Of a DNA stretch of 64,000 nt, positions 62,823-64,000 are shown piece after piece. Position 1 is the first letter of the stretch, and each line of letters begins with the position of its first letter. The stretch is from Cetorhinus maximus. Its lineage: Eukaryota. The stretch is taken from the NCBI RefSeq assembly GCF_964194155.1, contig NC_135880.1:216132001-216196000 (forward strand), in the 5' to 3' direction. The notes under the pieces are model-generated. The model was not told the DNA's origin, did no database searches, and was given only the letters and a program-made list of their open reading frames with translations. The position numbers were made by a program, and so were the translations under genes.

Positions 62823-63108
62823 AACATAGACATAGAAGCATAGAAAATAGGCCATTAGGCCCTTCGAGCCTGCTCCGCCATTCAATATGATCATGGCTGA
62901 TCCTCTATCTCAACCCCATACTCCTGTGCTCTCCCCATACCTCTTGACACCTTTCGAGTCCAGAAATCTATCTATTTCCTCCTTAAATATATTCAGTGAC
63001 TTGGCCTCCACAGCTTTCTGTGGTAGACAATTCCATCGGTTCACCACCCTCTGAATCAAGAAGTTTCTCCTCATCTCAGTCCTAAATAGTCTACCCCTTA
63101 TCCTGAGA
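62823..63108 (-). mobile_element. CR1 LINE 3' fragment
   Basis: (catagaa)n-like tail; minus-strand FRTEMRRNFLIQRVVNRWNCLP. Confidence 0.88.
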
Positions 63109-63522
63109 CTATCGAATATAACCACATATATAACCATACCTAGTAGCAGTCATTTATACAATGCTTTCCACATCCCAGGTGCCATGCAGCCAATGAACAG
63201 AGCAGCTATTCTGGATGTGGCAAAGTGCCACACAAAATGCTGAGATTCATTTTTAGGTAGGATTATTTTTGACCAGGACATTCTGCTTTTGTTAAACCTC
63301 CACCAGACCAGGCATTGGTTTAACATCTCAGTCGGCCTACATTATGTGGGCAAATCCTCATCCACACATTTCGCCACCTTCCTGTCATGGTGATAATGTT
63401 GACATTGAAGCTAAAGCTATCACTTAATGTCTCCACATGCGGTCATGAGACGCAGATTTCTCAAATTGCTTTGATGACATTCATTCCCTGGTAAAAGGTG
63501 TTCAATTGCATTTTTCTTCCAG

Positions 63523-63681
63523 GAGTCAAGATAAACCGTTTCATGTTGACCGAGCCCTGACCCACGTGTTCACCAGAAGCCTGCCCTTCAGTGAGATAAA
63601 GCCAGTTGTTATGGAAACCGTGACTGGGAGTGAGCGCCGCTCCTTCCACATCCCTGAGGAACTTGTTGAAAAGATAAACAG
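63523..63681 (+). CDS. FDXACB1: FDXACB1 coding exon 4 (gene continues beyond the window)
   Basis: ttccag|SQDKPFHVDRALTHVFTRSLPF...PEELVEKIN|gtggag; 159 nt; donor is weak, so the 3' boundary is less certain. Confidence 0.9.
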
Positions 63682-64000
63682 GTGGAGTCACAGAACTACA
63701 CGTTGCAAAAATACAGATTTTGAGACACTGCTTAACTGTGACATGTGTTTATTTAAATATTGACTGAGACGGTGACATATCAAGACAGAAGGAAAATAAC
63801 AAGCAAAATTGTGCTGTGCATTATTAGCGAATAATATAAGCTGGTTAACATTCCCATTAAAATAGCACAGAGAACAAATTCACTCACAAGACAGGAATTG
63901 CCCCCATTTGCAATCGGAGGTGAAAATAATTGACCCAAACATTGCACTATTTATTTATTCTATTTTAGTCTAAAATATTTAACGAATTACCCATGCTGGA

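Overview
Vertebrate genomic DNA, almost certainly from a shark or other cartilaginous fish: the alphaB-crystallin closely resembles the 177-aa dogfish protein as I recall it, and the repeat landscape fits. It holds the syntenic block HSPB2(-) <head-to-head> CRYAB(+) <tail-to-tail> CFAP68/C11orf1(-) <head-to-head> FDXACB1(+, runs off the right edge). I reconstructed all coding exons by hand with GT-AG junctions and consistent phase. The first ~33 kb has no host gene I can recognise and is packed with nested mobile elements: a minisatellite, LTR remnants, MITE-like elements, CR1/L2/RTE LINEs, tRNA-SINEs and many Penelope-like elements (PLEs; RT plus GIY-YIG). Most notable: (i) eight recognisable minimal hammerhead-ribozyme motifs in PLE termini, including small palindromic non-coding units and a recurrent CUGUUGA core variant; (ii) consistent 12-15 bp target-site duplications (TSDs), a subfamily-chimeric PLE, and a fold-back that captured host flank; (iii) an identical CR1/second-LINE chimeric junction at two loci 21 kb apart; (iv) a CFAP68 with a ~130-aa internally repeated Cys/Pro-rich C-terminal extension and an RFX X-box near its start codon. 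All homology calls come from recalled family motifs, not database searches.
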